Shown piece after piece: positions 50,650-59,839 of a stretch of DNA of 64,000 nt (position 1 is its first letter; the number at the start of each line of letters is the position of its first letter). The stretch comes from Acidimicrobiia bacterium. GTDB taxonomy: Bacteria; Actinomycetota; Acidimicrobiia; IMCC26256; JBMOIJ01. Where the stretch lies: contig JBMOIJ010000002.1 in NCBI GenBank assembly GCA_049317385.1, forward strand, positions 76,581-140,580, in the 5' to 3' direction. Both the position numbers and the translations under genes were made by a program. The notes under the pieces are model-generated. The model was not told the origin of the DNA and ran no database searches. It was given only the letters and a program-made list of their open reading frames with translations.

Positions 50650-51135
50650 TCAGTGCGAGCGTGCCCGCAGCGTGCTGAACGCGATGAGCGTTCCACCAAT
50701 CAGCACCACGCCCACCGAGTAGTAGACGATGTCGGATGGCTGCTTGGCCAGCAGACACTTCTCGAAGAACTTCACCGCAACCACCAGCACCACCAGCTCG
50801 GCGACCTTCACCTTCAAGTCGTCGAGCGTGTCGATGCGGAGCCATTCGGGTTCCGCCAGGTCGCCCACGAACAGCTCCCACAACCCAATGGCGAGCACCA
50901 CCAACGTGGTCCCCACGAGCAGCAGGTCGAGCACACCGAGCAGTTCGGCCACGGTGCCGGCGGCCTTCCAACCGTTCTTCACCACCAGGTCGTGGACCAG
51001 TTCGACGCCCGCAACGACCGCCCACACGAACGCGATCACCGCGAGCAGCGCCGACGCAATGCTGGCCACAGCCACGAGGTATCGGCTGCGTTCGATGACT
51101 GCTTTCACGAATCGGGAGCGTAGGGGGCGCCACAC
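50650..51135 (-). CDS. YqhA/UPF0114-like small membrane protein
   Basis: It has four hydrophobic segments, is ~160 aa, and has an N-terminal pattern IERSRYLVAVASIASALL. Confidence 0.45.
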   Translation of the reverse strand: MWRPLRSRFVKAVIERSRYLVAVASIASALLAVIAFVWAVVAGVELVHDLVVKNGWKAAGTVAELLGVLDLLLVGTTLVVLAIGLWELFVGDLAEPEWLRIDTLDDLKVKVAELVVLVVAVKFFEKCLLAKQPSDIVYYSVGVVLIGGTLIAFSTLRARSH

Positions 51136-51165
51136 GCAGATACGTGCATCACACGGCGCAGCCGC

Positions 51166-52419
51166 TCAGCGTTCGTCGTAGACCTCGATGGTCCCCGAGT
51201 AGTTGGCCACCCAGATCCGACCCGTCTTCGCGTCATACGTGATGCCGATGGGGTGCTGCCCCGTGGGGAGCTCCTGCACCTCGCGCAGGTCGTTGGCGTC
51301 GAGCTTGGACACCGTGGAGGAGTCGTAGTTCACATTGTAGAGCGCAGTGCCGTCGGACGAGATCGCCATGGACCGCGGCTTGGAGCCGACCTTCACCCGC
51401 TTCACGATTGCGTCGGTGCTCGTGTCGATTTTCACCACCGTGCCGTCGCCGTTGTTCGTGACGTAGAGATAGCGACCGTCGGGCGACCGCACCAGGTGGC
51501 GGGGCGCCGACCCCACGCCCCCGATCCGGGTGACGGCGAAGGTGTTCATGTCCACCTTCGCGATCTGGTTGCCACCCATCACGGCGACATGGGCCGTGGC
51601 GCCGTCGGGTGAGAACACGATGCCCCGCGGGTACGCGCCCATCGGGATGCGCTTGATCTCTTTCGCAGTGGCGGCGTCGACGACCGACAGGTCATAGGAG
51701 CACCAGTTGGTGGCCAGCACCGTCTTGTCGTCGGGGCTGATCGCCACGAACTTGGGGGTGGAACCGACGCCGATGACCTGGTCGATGGCCCACGATTTCG
51801 TGTCGATCCGGTACAGGAAACTGGCGGGCACCTTCGAACCTGGCACGCAGTCGTCACTGCCTTCACTGAAGCCCGGTCCGTACATCGCGTAGTTCGACAC
51901 GTACATGTGAGAACCGTCACGCGTGAATGCCGCTTCGACGGGCGCGCCCTTGTAGGTACCCGGCTTGTCGATCCCGAAATCGGAGAGTCGAACGGCGTCG
52001 GGAACCGTGGTGACCAGTTGCCCCTCGCTGTCGTACACCGTGACGCTGTGGTTGTACATCATGTTCTGCGCGGTCACGAAGCCCGTGCCGGATGCCACGA
52101 CCGACTTGGGTGAGATGCGGCCGTCGATGGTGCGCTTCTTCACCAAGGTGCGCGCAATGGCCGGGGCACTCGGTTGCGCCGTCGTTGCCGGCGCGCCTGC
52201 TGTTGTCGCCGGCGCCGACGCCGATGCCGACGCCGCGCGCGTTCCGGCCGCCGTCACTCCCTGCACGCGCGTGCGCGCCGCACGCAAAGGATCCTCGGGG
52301 ATCGCCACCAGCAACGCCACGAATGCGACGACACCAAGCGCCAGAATCGCCAGCGCGCGCCCCGTGGCAATAGGGGTTCGGCCCCCTGGTGGGGTCGGCA
52401 TCGGCTCGTCGGGCACCAC
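51166..52419 (-). CDS. membrane-anchored beta-propeller repeat protein (YVTN/YncE-like)
   Basis: An N-terminal TM helix is followed by repeated units such as PRGIVFSPDG, PRHLVRSPDGRYLYVTN and PIGITYDAKTGRIWVAN. Confidence 0.7.
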   Translation of the reverse strand: MVPDEPMPTPPGGRTPIATGRALAILALGVVAFVALLVAIPEDPLRAARTRVQGVTAAGTRAASASASAPATTAGAPATTAQPSAPAIARTLVKKRTIDGRISPKSVVASGTGFVTAQNMMYNHSVTVYDSEGQLVTTVPDAVRLSDFGIDKPGTYKGAPVEAAFTRDGSHMYVSNYAMYGPGFSEGSDDCVPGSKVPASFLYRIDTKSWAIDQVIGVGSTPKFVAISPDDKTVLATNWCSYDLSVVDAATAKEIKRIPMGAYPRGIVFSPDGATAHVAVMGGNQIAKVDMNTFAVTRIGGVGSAPRHLVRSPDGRYLYVTNNGDGTVVKIDTSTDAIVKRVKVGSKPRSMAISSDGTALYNVNYDSSTVSKLDANDLREVQELPTGQHPIGITYDAKTGRIWVANYSGTIEVYDER

Positions 52420-52502
52420 CGAACGATACGAGGCCGCGCACTGCGTGGTCAGGTCGGGCCCGGCGCGCGCCGTAGCCTTCGGCCACCAGCCCCGGAGCTC
52501 CG

Positions 52503-53351
52503 ATGTTGATCGACACCCACGTGCACCTGGTCAGCGCCGACGAGCGGCGCTATCCACGCCAACTCAATGGTGACGCCGATTGGGTGCACACGCACGCCTG
52601 TGACGCATCGGCGTACCGCGTGCTGATGACGGCCGCGGGCGTGACCCACGCCGTCTTGGTGCAGGCAGTCGGTGCGTACCGTGACGACAACCGGTACTGC
52701 CTCGATGCCGCGAACGCTGATCCGGAACTCTTCACCGCAGTGGCGTACGTCGACCTTGCGGCCACCGATCCGGTGGAAGCGCTCCGTGCGTGCGTCGACG
52801 CCGGCGCGCATGGCGTACGCGTGGTTGCGGCAGCCGGGCCCGACCCGGTCGCAATGCTCGACGCGCGGGTCATGGCCGTGATCGACGCGGCCAATGGACT
52901 TGGCGTTCGGGTGCTGCTCACCACCATGCGCGATGGATTGCGCGACGTTCCTGCGTTGCTGGCGCGTCACCCCACGATGCCCGTCGCCATCGACCACTGC
53001 GCGTTCGCCGACCTGAGTGGTGGCGCATCGTTCCCGCACGCGGGCGCACTGTTCGCGCTCGCCGAGTTTCCGTATGTGCACCTCAAGGTGTCAACGAATG
53101 CGCTCGACGGCGCGCGCCGCGCCGGTGTTGATCCGCAGGCATTCGTGGCTGCGCTGGCCGAATGCTTCGGCGCCGAGCGCTTGGAATGGGGATCTGATTG
53201 GTCCCATACCCACGACCGTTCGTTCGGGGAGCTGGTGGCCGAAGCGCAGGACGCGTTCTCGGTACTCGACCCGGACGATCGCGAGTGGCCGCTCGGACGC
53301 TCGGCCGCCGGTTTCTGGCCTGGTTGGGCCCCGGCGACCGAGCATCACTGA
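52503..53351 (+). CDS. amidohydrolase-2 family metal-dependent hydrolase
   Basis: The N-terminal metal motif is MLIDTHVHL. A later DH motif (AIDHCAF) and GSDW are present. Confidence 0.7.
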   Translation: MLIDTHVHLVSADERRYPRQLNGDADWVHTHACDASAYRVLMTAAGVTHAVLVQAVGAYRDDNRYCLDAANADPELFTAVAYVDLAATDPVEALRACVDAGAHGVRVVAAAGPDPVAMLDARVMAVIDAANGLGVRVLLTTMRDGLRDVPALLARHPTMPVAIDHCAFADLSGGASFPHAGALFALAEFPYVHLKVSTNALDGARRAGVDPQAFVAALAECFGAERLEWGSDWSHTHDRSFGELVAEAQDAFSVLDPDDREWPLGRSAAGFWPGWAPATEHH

Positions 53352-53363
53352 GCGAACACAATC

Positions 53364-53385
53364 GTCACTGCAACAACGCAGTGAC
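53364..53385. terminator. bidirectional hairpin between convergent genes
   Basis: GTCACTGC (53364-53371) and GCAGTGAC (53378-53385) form a perfect 8-bp stem with a 6-nt loop. It sits between the stops at 53351 (+) and 53397 (-). Confidence 0.5.
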
Positions 53386-53396
53386 ACAACGGCAGC

Positions 53397-53795
53397 TCAG
53401 GCGCCGACGACCTTGGCTTTCAGGTCGTTGTACTCGGCGTCGCTGATGGCGCCCTTTTCCTTCAGGTCGTGCAGCTTGGCGAGCTGGTCGGCCGGCGAAT
53501 CACCCGAGCCGGCAGCCTGCTGCACGTACGCCTTGAAGGCATCATCTTGGGCTTTCGCCGCTTGAACGGCGTGCTCGTGCATCTTTCCGCCCCGCGCAAT
53601 CAAGTAGACGAAGATGCCGATGTACGTGAAGAAGATGACGAAGATGAGCCATAGCGTCTTCGCAACGCCGCCCAGGTCAGGGCTGCGGAAGATGTCCATG
53701 ACGACGAGGATGAACAGCCAGATCCAGATGAAGAACAACGTGAACCAGAGGATGGTCCACACCGCCTGACCAACTTGCCACTCTGCAAGAAACAC
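53397..53795 (-). CDS. small membrane protein with a PLD-nuclease-N-like TM region and a C-terminal SHOCT domain
   Basis: Two Trp/Phe-rich TM helices (ILWFTLFFIWIWLFILVVMDIF and LWLIFVIFFTYIGIFVYLI) precede LAKLHDLKEKGAISDAEYNDLKAKV. Confidence 0.65.
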   Translation of the reverse strand: MFLAEWQVGQAVWTILWFTLFFIWIWLFILVVMDIFRSPDLGGVAKTLWLIFVIFFTYIGIFVYLIARGGKMHEHAVQAAKAQDDAFKAYVQQAAGSGDSPADQLAKLHDLKEKGAISDAEYNDLKAKVVGA

Positions 53796-53835
53796 TCAAA
53801 CAACTCCTGCTCGGGAACGAGAAGCCTGGAGCCTC

Positions 53836-54330
53836 TCACACGGGCGACGGCGTGTCTCGTTCTGTCATGCGGGCGGCGATGGGCCCGAGTGCCCGGTGCA
53901 GCGCCGCCCCCGTTGCCGAGTCCACCCAGGCTCCGAAGTACTCGGCCAGGGCGTCCTCGTACATGGCGCTCGCCCGCCGGTGGAAGGCCCGCCCCTTGCG
54001 AGTGATCACCAGCACGGTGGCCCGGCCGTCAGTGGAATCGTTGTGGCGGGCAACCAGCCCGTCGGCCTCCATCCGCTGCACCGCGCGACTGAGGCCGGGT
54101 TGGCTGTAGCGCACCCGCATGCGGGCATGGAGTTCACCGAGCCGCAGGTGCGCCGGTGCGCTGCTCGTGGCGGCTTCATGCTCGGCCCGCACCAGGTGGC
54201 CCAAGATCGAGAACACACCAGAATCCACGCCGGCATCATCTTCGAGGCGCGCCACCACCTGCGGGATGACGTGTTGGTACACGTCGACGAGTTCGGTCCA
54301 CGCCTGGCGCGTGATGGGGTCGAGCGCCAT
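53836..54330 (-). CDS. MarR family transcriptional regulator
   Basis: ATG at 54330. The winged-helix segment is RLGELHARMRVRYSQPGLSRAVQRMEADGLVAR. Confidence 0.8.
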   Translation of the reverse strand: MALDPITRQAWTELVDVYQHVIPQVVARLEDDAGVDSGVFSILGHLVRAEHEAATSSAPAHLRLGELHARMRVRYSQPGLSRAVQRMEADGLVARHNDSTDGRATVLVITRKGRAFHRRASAMYEDALAEYFGAWVDSATGAALHRALGPIAARMTERDTPSPV

Positions 54331-54332
54331 GG

Positions 54333-54584
54333 TTAGTCTGCGCGCGGATCGTCGATGATGAGTTCGAACTCTTCGAGCAACTGCTGTTGGAGTTGCGTGT
54401 CGATCACCGCTCGCAGCTGCTGCGGCGGCAACACGCAGTCGTCGCACCGCACGTCGTCGAGTACGACCCGCAGATGAATACGCGCCGCACCAGGGTCGGC
54501 GTTCACCACCAGCAGGTCACCACCGTCGGCTCGCAACATGCGGCCAGCTTCCTGCACTGCCGCTTCCACTTGCGCCACATCCAT
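54333..54584 (-). CDS. NifU-C-terminal-like small protein
   Basis: The ATG at 54584 shares one nt with the upstream stop. The protein is 83 aa, with ADGGDLLVV and a CDDC pair. Confidence 0.5.
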   Translation of the reverse strand: MDVAQVEAAVQEAGRMLRADGGDLLVVNADPGAARIHLRVVLDDVRCDDCVLPPQQLRAVIDTQLQQQLLEEFELIIDDPRAD

Positions 54585-55645
54585 CACACTGCTGCCGTCT
54601 GCACGCGCGCAGTGGTGAGCGACGTCTCGCCAAACGTGGGCAGCGAGATTGCGTGCAGGCTGCCGAGCCCGCCACAGACGATCGGGATGATCTGGTCGGG
54701 ACGTTCGAAGAGCGGCACGCGACCATCGACACTCACCCGCCCCTTGTCGCGCAGGATCTGTTGGTTTGCAGCCGGCCACACGTCGATGGGCTGCCACGCG
54801 TGGTCGCGCAGGTATTCCTGCAGATCTTCGACATTGGGGAACGCCGCCACGAACCGATCGGCCCAGATCGGGTTGATGGCGAGCACGATCTCGCCGTTCT
54901 CCACGTTGCCGAGGTACATGTTCGCGAGCGGATATGCGATGGACTTGGCGATGCAGTGCAGCAAGTCGCGCGGGTCGTCATTGTGGATGTCGGCGAGCGG
55001 CATGGTGCCCTTGCCTCCATGCACATGCACCACATCGTCGGTGACACTGAAGCCTCGGCGCTGCGCCAGCGTGGGCCACGGTGAGCGCTCTTCCCACTCG
55101 CCGATGCAGAACCCGAAGCGCGCGGGTTGACCGAACACGGTGCGGCTGGTGTCACCGGCGCGTTGCCCACCGATGTTGCGCAGCGCGAGCGACACCGCGC
55201 GACCGATGGTCATGGACCCGCGCCCAGCCGCGCCCCCCATGCATCCGGCCCGATGGTCGATGCCGAGCTCGGCACGCGACGGCCCGTCGACGATGAGCAT
55301 CGGGAACACGCTGGAGGTGGTGGTGGTGAGCCCGAATGCATTCCACTCGGGTTCGAGGATGGCTTCGATCGCCGCCACCACGAACGGGAACGCCGCCGCC
55401 TCCACGCCCGCCATGGCGGCATTGATCGCAAGCAACTCCAAGGTGGCCACACCGTTGCGCGGCGGCAACACGCCGATCACGTGGTCGGGCGCATACGGCG
55501 TGGCAGCGAGCAACTCGGCGACCACGGCATCGGTCGGCGGCAACAGCGGTACGCCGTCGCCCCACTGCTCGGCGAGTGAAAGCTCGTAGAACGCGCGTGG
55601 ATCGGCGGGGACCTCCATGGTCTCGGCACTCAGCGCAACGGTCAT
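54584..55645 (-). CDS. conserved hypothetical protein (partner of the UGSC-family gene)
   Basis: The ATG at 55645 overlaps the upstream stop (ATGA). The protein is 353 aa with no motif I can name. The upstream part of track ORF 54584..56437 is out-of-frame overlap with the UGSC gene. Confidence 0.55.
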   Translation of the reverse strand: MTVALSAETMEVPADPRAFYELSLAEQWGDGVPLLPPTDAVVAELLAATPYAPDHVIGVLPPRNGVATLELLAINAAMAGVEAAAFPFVVAAIEAILEPEWNAFGLTTTTSSVFPMLIVDGPSRAELGIDHRAGCMGGAAGRGSMTIGRAVSLALRNIGGQRAGDTSRTVFGQPARFGFCIGEWEERSPWPTLAQRRGFSVTDDVVHVHGGKGTMPLADIHNDDPRDLLHCIAKSIAYPLANMYLGNVENGEIVLAINPIWADRFVAAFPNVEDLQEYLRDHAWQPIDVWPAANQQILRDKGRVSVDGRVPLFERPDQIIPIVCGGLGSLHAISLPTFGETSLTTARVQTAAV

Positions 55646-56229
55646 GCCTGCACCCCCAACAACTCGAGCGCCTTGGCGAAGTAGTCGTCGGCGATGGCCC
55701 GCAACTCGTCCTCGGGCCGCGCTTCGAGCGGGTACGGCATGACCAGAATCTTGAGGTCGCCGTGTCCCAGATGGCGCGCCATGTTGGCGCCATGGGTCGC
55801 GAACTCGTCGCACACGAGTGCGATGACGGGCTTTTCGTGTTCTTCGATGGTGACGGCGTCGGCGATGGTGAAGCTCGTGCACGAGCCGCAGGTGCCGAGG
55901 CCCACCATCAACACATCGCTGGTCGCGGCCAGGCGCTCCACTTCTTTGCGGTCCTGTTCGCCGGCGTCGCCCACTTGCCCGTCGGTGATGACGAGCTCGC
56001 TGGTGGCGCCCATCGCGGCGAGGCGCTCGGCCCAGAGCTGCGCAATGAATTGCCACGATCGCCACGCGTGATCGGCGCGGAAGCCCACGTGTTTGCCCGC
56101 AATGGAGCCGTCGAGCGTGAACGTAGGGGCGCTCTGCTCGGGTGCGGGCGGCGCCGTGGGCCGCCGGATCGTGACGGTAGGGGCGACGGGCGCTGCGGAG
56201 GCGACGGGAATATTCATATGCGTGAGCAT
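55642..56229 (-). CDS. UGSC-family (seleno)protein homolog, Cys variant
   Basis: The motif GLGTCGSCTS corresponds to the family-defining U/C-G-S-C. The protein is ~195 aa. An alternative ATG lies at 56217. Confidence 0.55.
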   Translation of the reverse strand: MLTHMNIPVASAAPVAPTVTIRRPTAPPAPEQSAPTFTLDGSIAGKHVGFRADHAWRSWQFIAQLWAERLAAMGATSELVITDGQVGDAGEQDRKEVERLAATSDVLMVGLGTCGSCTSFTIADAVTIEEHEKPVIALVCDEFATHGANMARHLGHGDLKILVMPYPLEARPEDELRAIADDYFAKALELLGVQA

Positions 56230-56346
56230 AGAACTCCATGCGCCGGCATGGAACCGGTTTGCAGCCCGCGGGCGCGGCCGGAGTTCCTGTCACACCCCGT
56301 CCGTAGGCTGAGTCATCAATGGCGTTGGCGCAAATGGAGGTATGAA

Positions 56347-57417
56347 ATGGCGTTCGTCCGGTTGGAGCGATCTCGGATCCTCGAGTTGGAGACAGAGATC
56401 TGTGCCGTTGCTGCGGCCGTGCGGCTGCATCGAGCACGCCTGCTGCAACTCATTGGCGAATTCGCGGCCGGCGAGGGCTGGCGAGCCACTGGAGCGATTT
56501 CGTGTGCGCACTGGCTCGCCGACCTGCTCGACATCGAGCTGTGCACTGCCCGCGAGCAAGCGCGGGTTGCACGCGCGTTGCGGGAGTTGCCCCTCATTCG
56601 AGCGGCGTTCGATGCCAGTGAGATCTCATATGCCAAAGCCCGGGAGATCACGCGAATGGCAACCGTGGCGACCGAGGCCGACCTGCTCGAAGTCGCTCGG
56701 CACGCGCCCGCGGGCGCGTTGACGCGCGAAATTGCGAATTGGCACACACGCCGAGCGCCCGAAGCGATGCAGAACCGGCAGTGGAACGAGCGGGCGTGCA
56801 CCTACCGCCAGGAGTACGACGGGAGTGTCACCATCACGCTCCGGCTGCCACCCGAGGAGGCGGCCAAGGTCACTGCAGTCTTCGACGGAGCCACTCGAAA
56901 GCACAACGCGCCCGCGGGCGCGTCCGTCCCGCAACGGCGGGCCGACGCCGCGGTGCGTGTGATCACCAGCGCGCGCACCGCCGCGTCGCACCACCGAACC
57001 GAGGTGGTGCTGCACCATCGCGCCGGCCAAACTGACATCGGCGGCCTCACACTCACGCCAGCCACCGCAGAGCGACTCCTCTGCGACTGCGACGTTCGCC
57101 TCATGGCGCACCGAGCCGACGGATCACCGGCGGATGTGGGTCGCGCGCACCGCCTCATCACCCCGAAGCTGCGCCGCCTGCTCGAAGAGCGCGACCGTCA
57201 CTGCACCTTCCCGGGCTGTCGGACCACCGCCTTCTTGGAAGCGCATCACATCGTTCCGTGGTCCCAAGGCGGTGAGACGAACCTGGCCAACCTGACGCTT
57301 CATTGCAGCTACCACCACCGATACGGACACGAGCACCAGCATGCGCCCGCACAGGAGTACCGGCACGCGCCCGCACAGGAGTACCGGCACGCGCCTGCGG
57401 GCGCGTCGAGCGCGTAG
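56347..57417 (+). CDS. DUF222 / HNH endonuclease (REP13E12-type)
   Basis: ATG at 56347. The HNH core is RHCTFPGCRTTAFLEAHHIVPWSQGGETNLANLTLHCSYHH. The N-terminal DUF222-like helical region contains ISYAKAREITR. Confidence 0.8.
   Translation: MAFVRLERSRILELETEICAVAAAVRLHRARLLQLIGEFAAGEGWRATGAISCAHWLADLLDIELCTAREQARVARALRELPLIRAAFDASEISYAKAREITRMATVATEADLLEVARHAPAGALTREIANWHTRRAPEAMQNRQWNERACTYRQEYDGSVTITLRLPPEEAAKVTAVFDGATRKHNAPAGASVPQRRADAAVRVITSARTAASHHRTEVVLHHRAGQTDIGGLTLTPATAERLLCDCDVRLMAHRADGSPADVGRAHRLITPKLRRLLEERDRHCTFPGCRTTAFLEAHHIVPWSQGGETNLANLTLHCSYHHRYGHEHQHAPAQEYRHAPAQEYRHAPAGASSA
57343..57405 (+). repeat. 24-bp tandem direct repeat (about 2.5 copies) at the 3' end of the HNH gene
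   Basis: GCGCCCGCACAGGAGTACCGGCAC occurs at 57343-57366 and identically at 57367-57390, followed by a diverged partial copy. It encodes HAPAQEYR HAPAQEYR HAPAG. Confidence 0.85.
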
Positions 57418-57428
57418 CGTTCGGGGCC

Positions 57429-58592
57429 GTGCCCACCGAACCCGGTCCCCTCCTTGCCTCCGACGAGTTCTTCAACCACCAGATCGTCGACACCTTTGGA
57501 CGCGTCGGTCAGACCGACCGTGCGTGGACCGAAAAGGTGTGCGCCATGGCGGCGGCCACTGACGGATCGTTGCAGTGCGCGTTCGGGCTCGGTAAGTACA
57601 CCAACCGCAACGTGATGGACGCGTATGCGGGCGTGTCGCGCGGCACGGAGCAATGGACGGTGCGCGCCAGCCGCCAACTTGCACCTCATCCCGAAACTCT
57701 TGCGGTAGGGCCGATCCGCTACGAAGTGGTCGAGCCGCTGCGCACCATTCGCTTCTCGCTCGACGCAAACGACGTGCAACCCATTGCGTTCGAGTGGACG
57801 TTCACGCGCGTGGTGCCACCGAGTTTGGAGTCACGCGAAGTACACGTGAGTCGCGACCGGTACCGCCTCGACGCAGATGTCATCCGCTACCACCAGAGCG
57901 GCGTGGCCGAAGGCTGGGTGGAAGTTGACGGCGAACGCACCGAGTTCTCGCCCACCAACTGGGTGAGCACCCGCGACCACTCCTGGGGCGTGCGCTACCA
58001 AGTGGGCGCGCCGCTGCCCGACATTGCGCCGGTGGAACGCCCGGCGGGCACGTCGGGCTACGTGCTGTGGTTCCCGGTCGTGTGCACCGCCGCCGACGGC
58101 ACCAAGTACGCGTTGCACTTCTATTACCAACGATTCGCGTTCGGAGGATGGAGCCGCCTTTCGTTCGAGGGAGCGGTCGAGCACGCCGATGGACGGCGCG
58201 ACGCCATCGCCACCTGCACACCGGAGCTGCGCTTCGACGACGCCATGCGCCGCTTCCTTGGCGGCTCGTTGCACTGCACCATGACCGACGGCACTGCGCG
58301 CGACTTCCACCTCGCTCCCGTCTCCGATACCGGGTTCCACCTGGCCACTGGGTTGTACGGCGGCTTCGACGAACAGTTCCACGGGCAGTGGCGCGGCCCG
58401 CAGCACACCAGCGGCGAACACATCGCCGACTGCACCGCGCCCGACGTCGTGGCCCGCGTGCGCCAGCACCGCGAGTGCGTGGTGCGCGTGGAAGACCCGA
58501 GCGCGGGCGGCGTGGGCATCGGAAACCTGCAGAGCATCATCGTCGGCCCGCACCCCGAGATCGGCCTCACCGACAACGGCGTGGGCCAGTAA
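57429..58592 (+). CDS. hypothetical protein
   Basis: The long ORF has coding-like composition. The first in-frame start after the HNH stop is the GTG at 57429. The ATG at 57303 would overlap the HNH gene by 115 nt. Confidence 0.5.
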   Translation: MPTEPGPLLASDEFFNHQIVDTFGRVGQTDRAWTEKVCAMAAATDGSLQCAFGLGKYTNRNVMDAYAGVSRGTEQWTVRASRQLAPHPETLAVGPIRYEVVEPLRTIRFSLDANDVQPIAFEWTFTRVVPPSLESREVHVSRDRYRLDADVIRYHQSGVAEGWVEVDGERTEFSPTNWVSTRDHSWGVRYQVGAPLPDIAPVERPAGTSGYVLWFPVVCTAADGTKYALHFYYQRFAFGGWSRLSFEGAVEHADGRRDAIATCTPELRFDDAMRRFLGGSLHCTMTDGTARDFHLAPVSDTGFHLATGLYGGFDEQFHGQWRGPQHTSGEHIADCTAPDVVARVRQHRECVVRVEDPSAGGVGIGNLQSIIVGPHPEIGLTDNGVGQ

Positions 58593-58648
58593 CCACCGGT
58601 CGCGACGGCACGGCGCAGCGACGCCGCAGTGCCGTTACGTCAGAACCG

Positions 58649-59839
58649 TCAGAACCGCAGCGGCACCGAGTGCGGGCCTCGCACCAGGCTGGAGGCCAAC
58701 CATTCGGGCTCGCCGGCAAGTTCGAACCGCTCCACTCGTTGCGCGAGCTCCTCGAACACGATGCGCGCTTCGAGTCGCGCCAGCGCCGCGCCCAAGCACA
58801 GGTGCTCGCCGAAGCCGAACGCCAGGTTCGGCACCGTGACAGGACGGAACGCGTCGAACCGATCAGCGGTGGGCCCGAACGCGGCCTCATCGCGATTGCC
58901 CGAGGCGTAGAGCATCACCAGGTAGTCGCCGGCCTGTACCGAAACGCCGCCCACCTCGGTGTCGGTCACCACGGTGCGGGCGAACTGCTGGATGGGCGTG
59001 ACCCACCGCAACATCTCCTCGACCGCGCCGCCCATGGCTGCGGGCTGTTCACGCAACGCGGTCCACTGATCGGGATGTTCCGCGAACGCGAGCACACCAC
59101 CGCTGATGAGATGCCGAGTGGTCTCGTTGCCGGCCACCAGCAACGACATGTTGAACGTGACCAACTCGCCGGGCGCGGGCGTGCGCCCTTCCACCTCGGA
59201 CTGCACCAACAGCGACACGATGTCGGGGCCGGGGTCTGCGGCCTGTCGACGCGCGTGCTCGTCGAGGTACAGAACCAGTTCCATCACCTCACGCTGATCG
59301 TCGGCGCTCATGGCGGCACGCCCGTCGGAGGCCACGATGGTGGCGTCCGACCACCGCCGGAAGTTGCCACGGTCCTCGGGCGGGATGCCCAGAAGCTCCG
59401 CGATCACCAACACGGGCAATGGGGCCGACACCACGTCGACCAGATCCACCACGTCGCCGCGAGGAACCGCGTCGAGGAGTTCGCGCACGAGCGAACGGAT
59501 GCCCGCTTCCATCTGCGCAACGGCCCGCGCGGTGAACTCGCGGTTGAGAATGCGCCGCCACTCGCCATGTTGAGGTGGGTCCATGTGCAGGATGGATCCT
59601 TCGATGGCGTGCCCTTCACGAATGGGGTCGTTGATGAGCACGCCGCGCCCCGAACAGAAGCGCTCGGGGCTGCGGCTGATCTCGCGAATGTCGTGGTAGC
59701 GACTGATGATCCTCTGCCCGGGCGCGAACTCAACGAACGACGGCTCGGCGCGCAGGTGCGCGAGCACGTCGTAGTAGTCGGGCCGGAGGAAGAACCCAGG
59801 GATCGACGGATCGATGCCAGCGAACTCTGCGCCACTCAT
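58649..59839 (-). CDS. cytochrome P450
   Basis: The heme-binding loop is FGFGEHLCLGAALAR. Other motifs are EEMLRW (ExxR) and AGNETT (I-helix). Confidence 0.9.
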   Translation of the reverse strand: MSGAEFAGIDPSIPGFFLRPDYYDVLAHLRAEPSFVEFAPGQRIISRYHDIREISRSPERFCSGRGVLINDPIREGHAIEGSILHMDPPQHGEWRRILNREFTARAVAQMEAGIRSLVRELLDAVPRGDVVDLVDVVSAPLPVLVIAELLGIPPEDRGNFRRWSDATIVASDGRAAMSADDQREVMELVLYLDEHARRQAADPGPDIVSLLVQSEVEGRTPAPGELVTFNMSLLVAGNETTRHLISGGVLAFAEHPDQWTALREQPAAMGGAVEEMLRWVTPIQQFARTVVTDTEVGGVSVQAGDYLVMLYASGNRDEAAFGPTADRFDAFRPVTVPNLAFGFGEHLCLGAALARLEARIVFEELAQRVERFELAGEPEWLASSLVRGPHSVPLRF

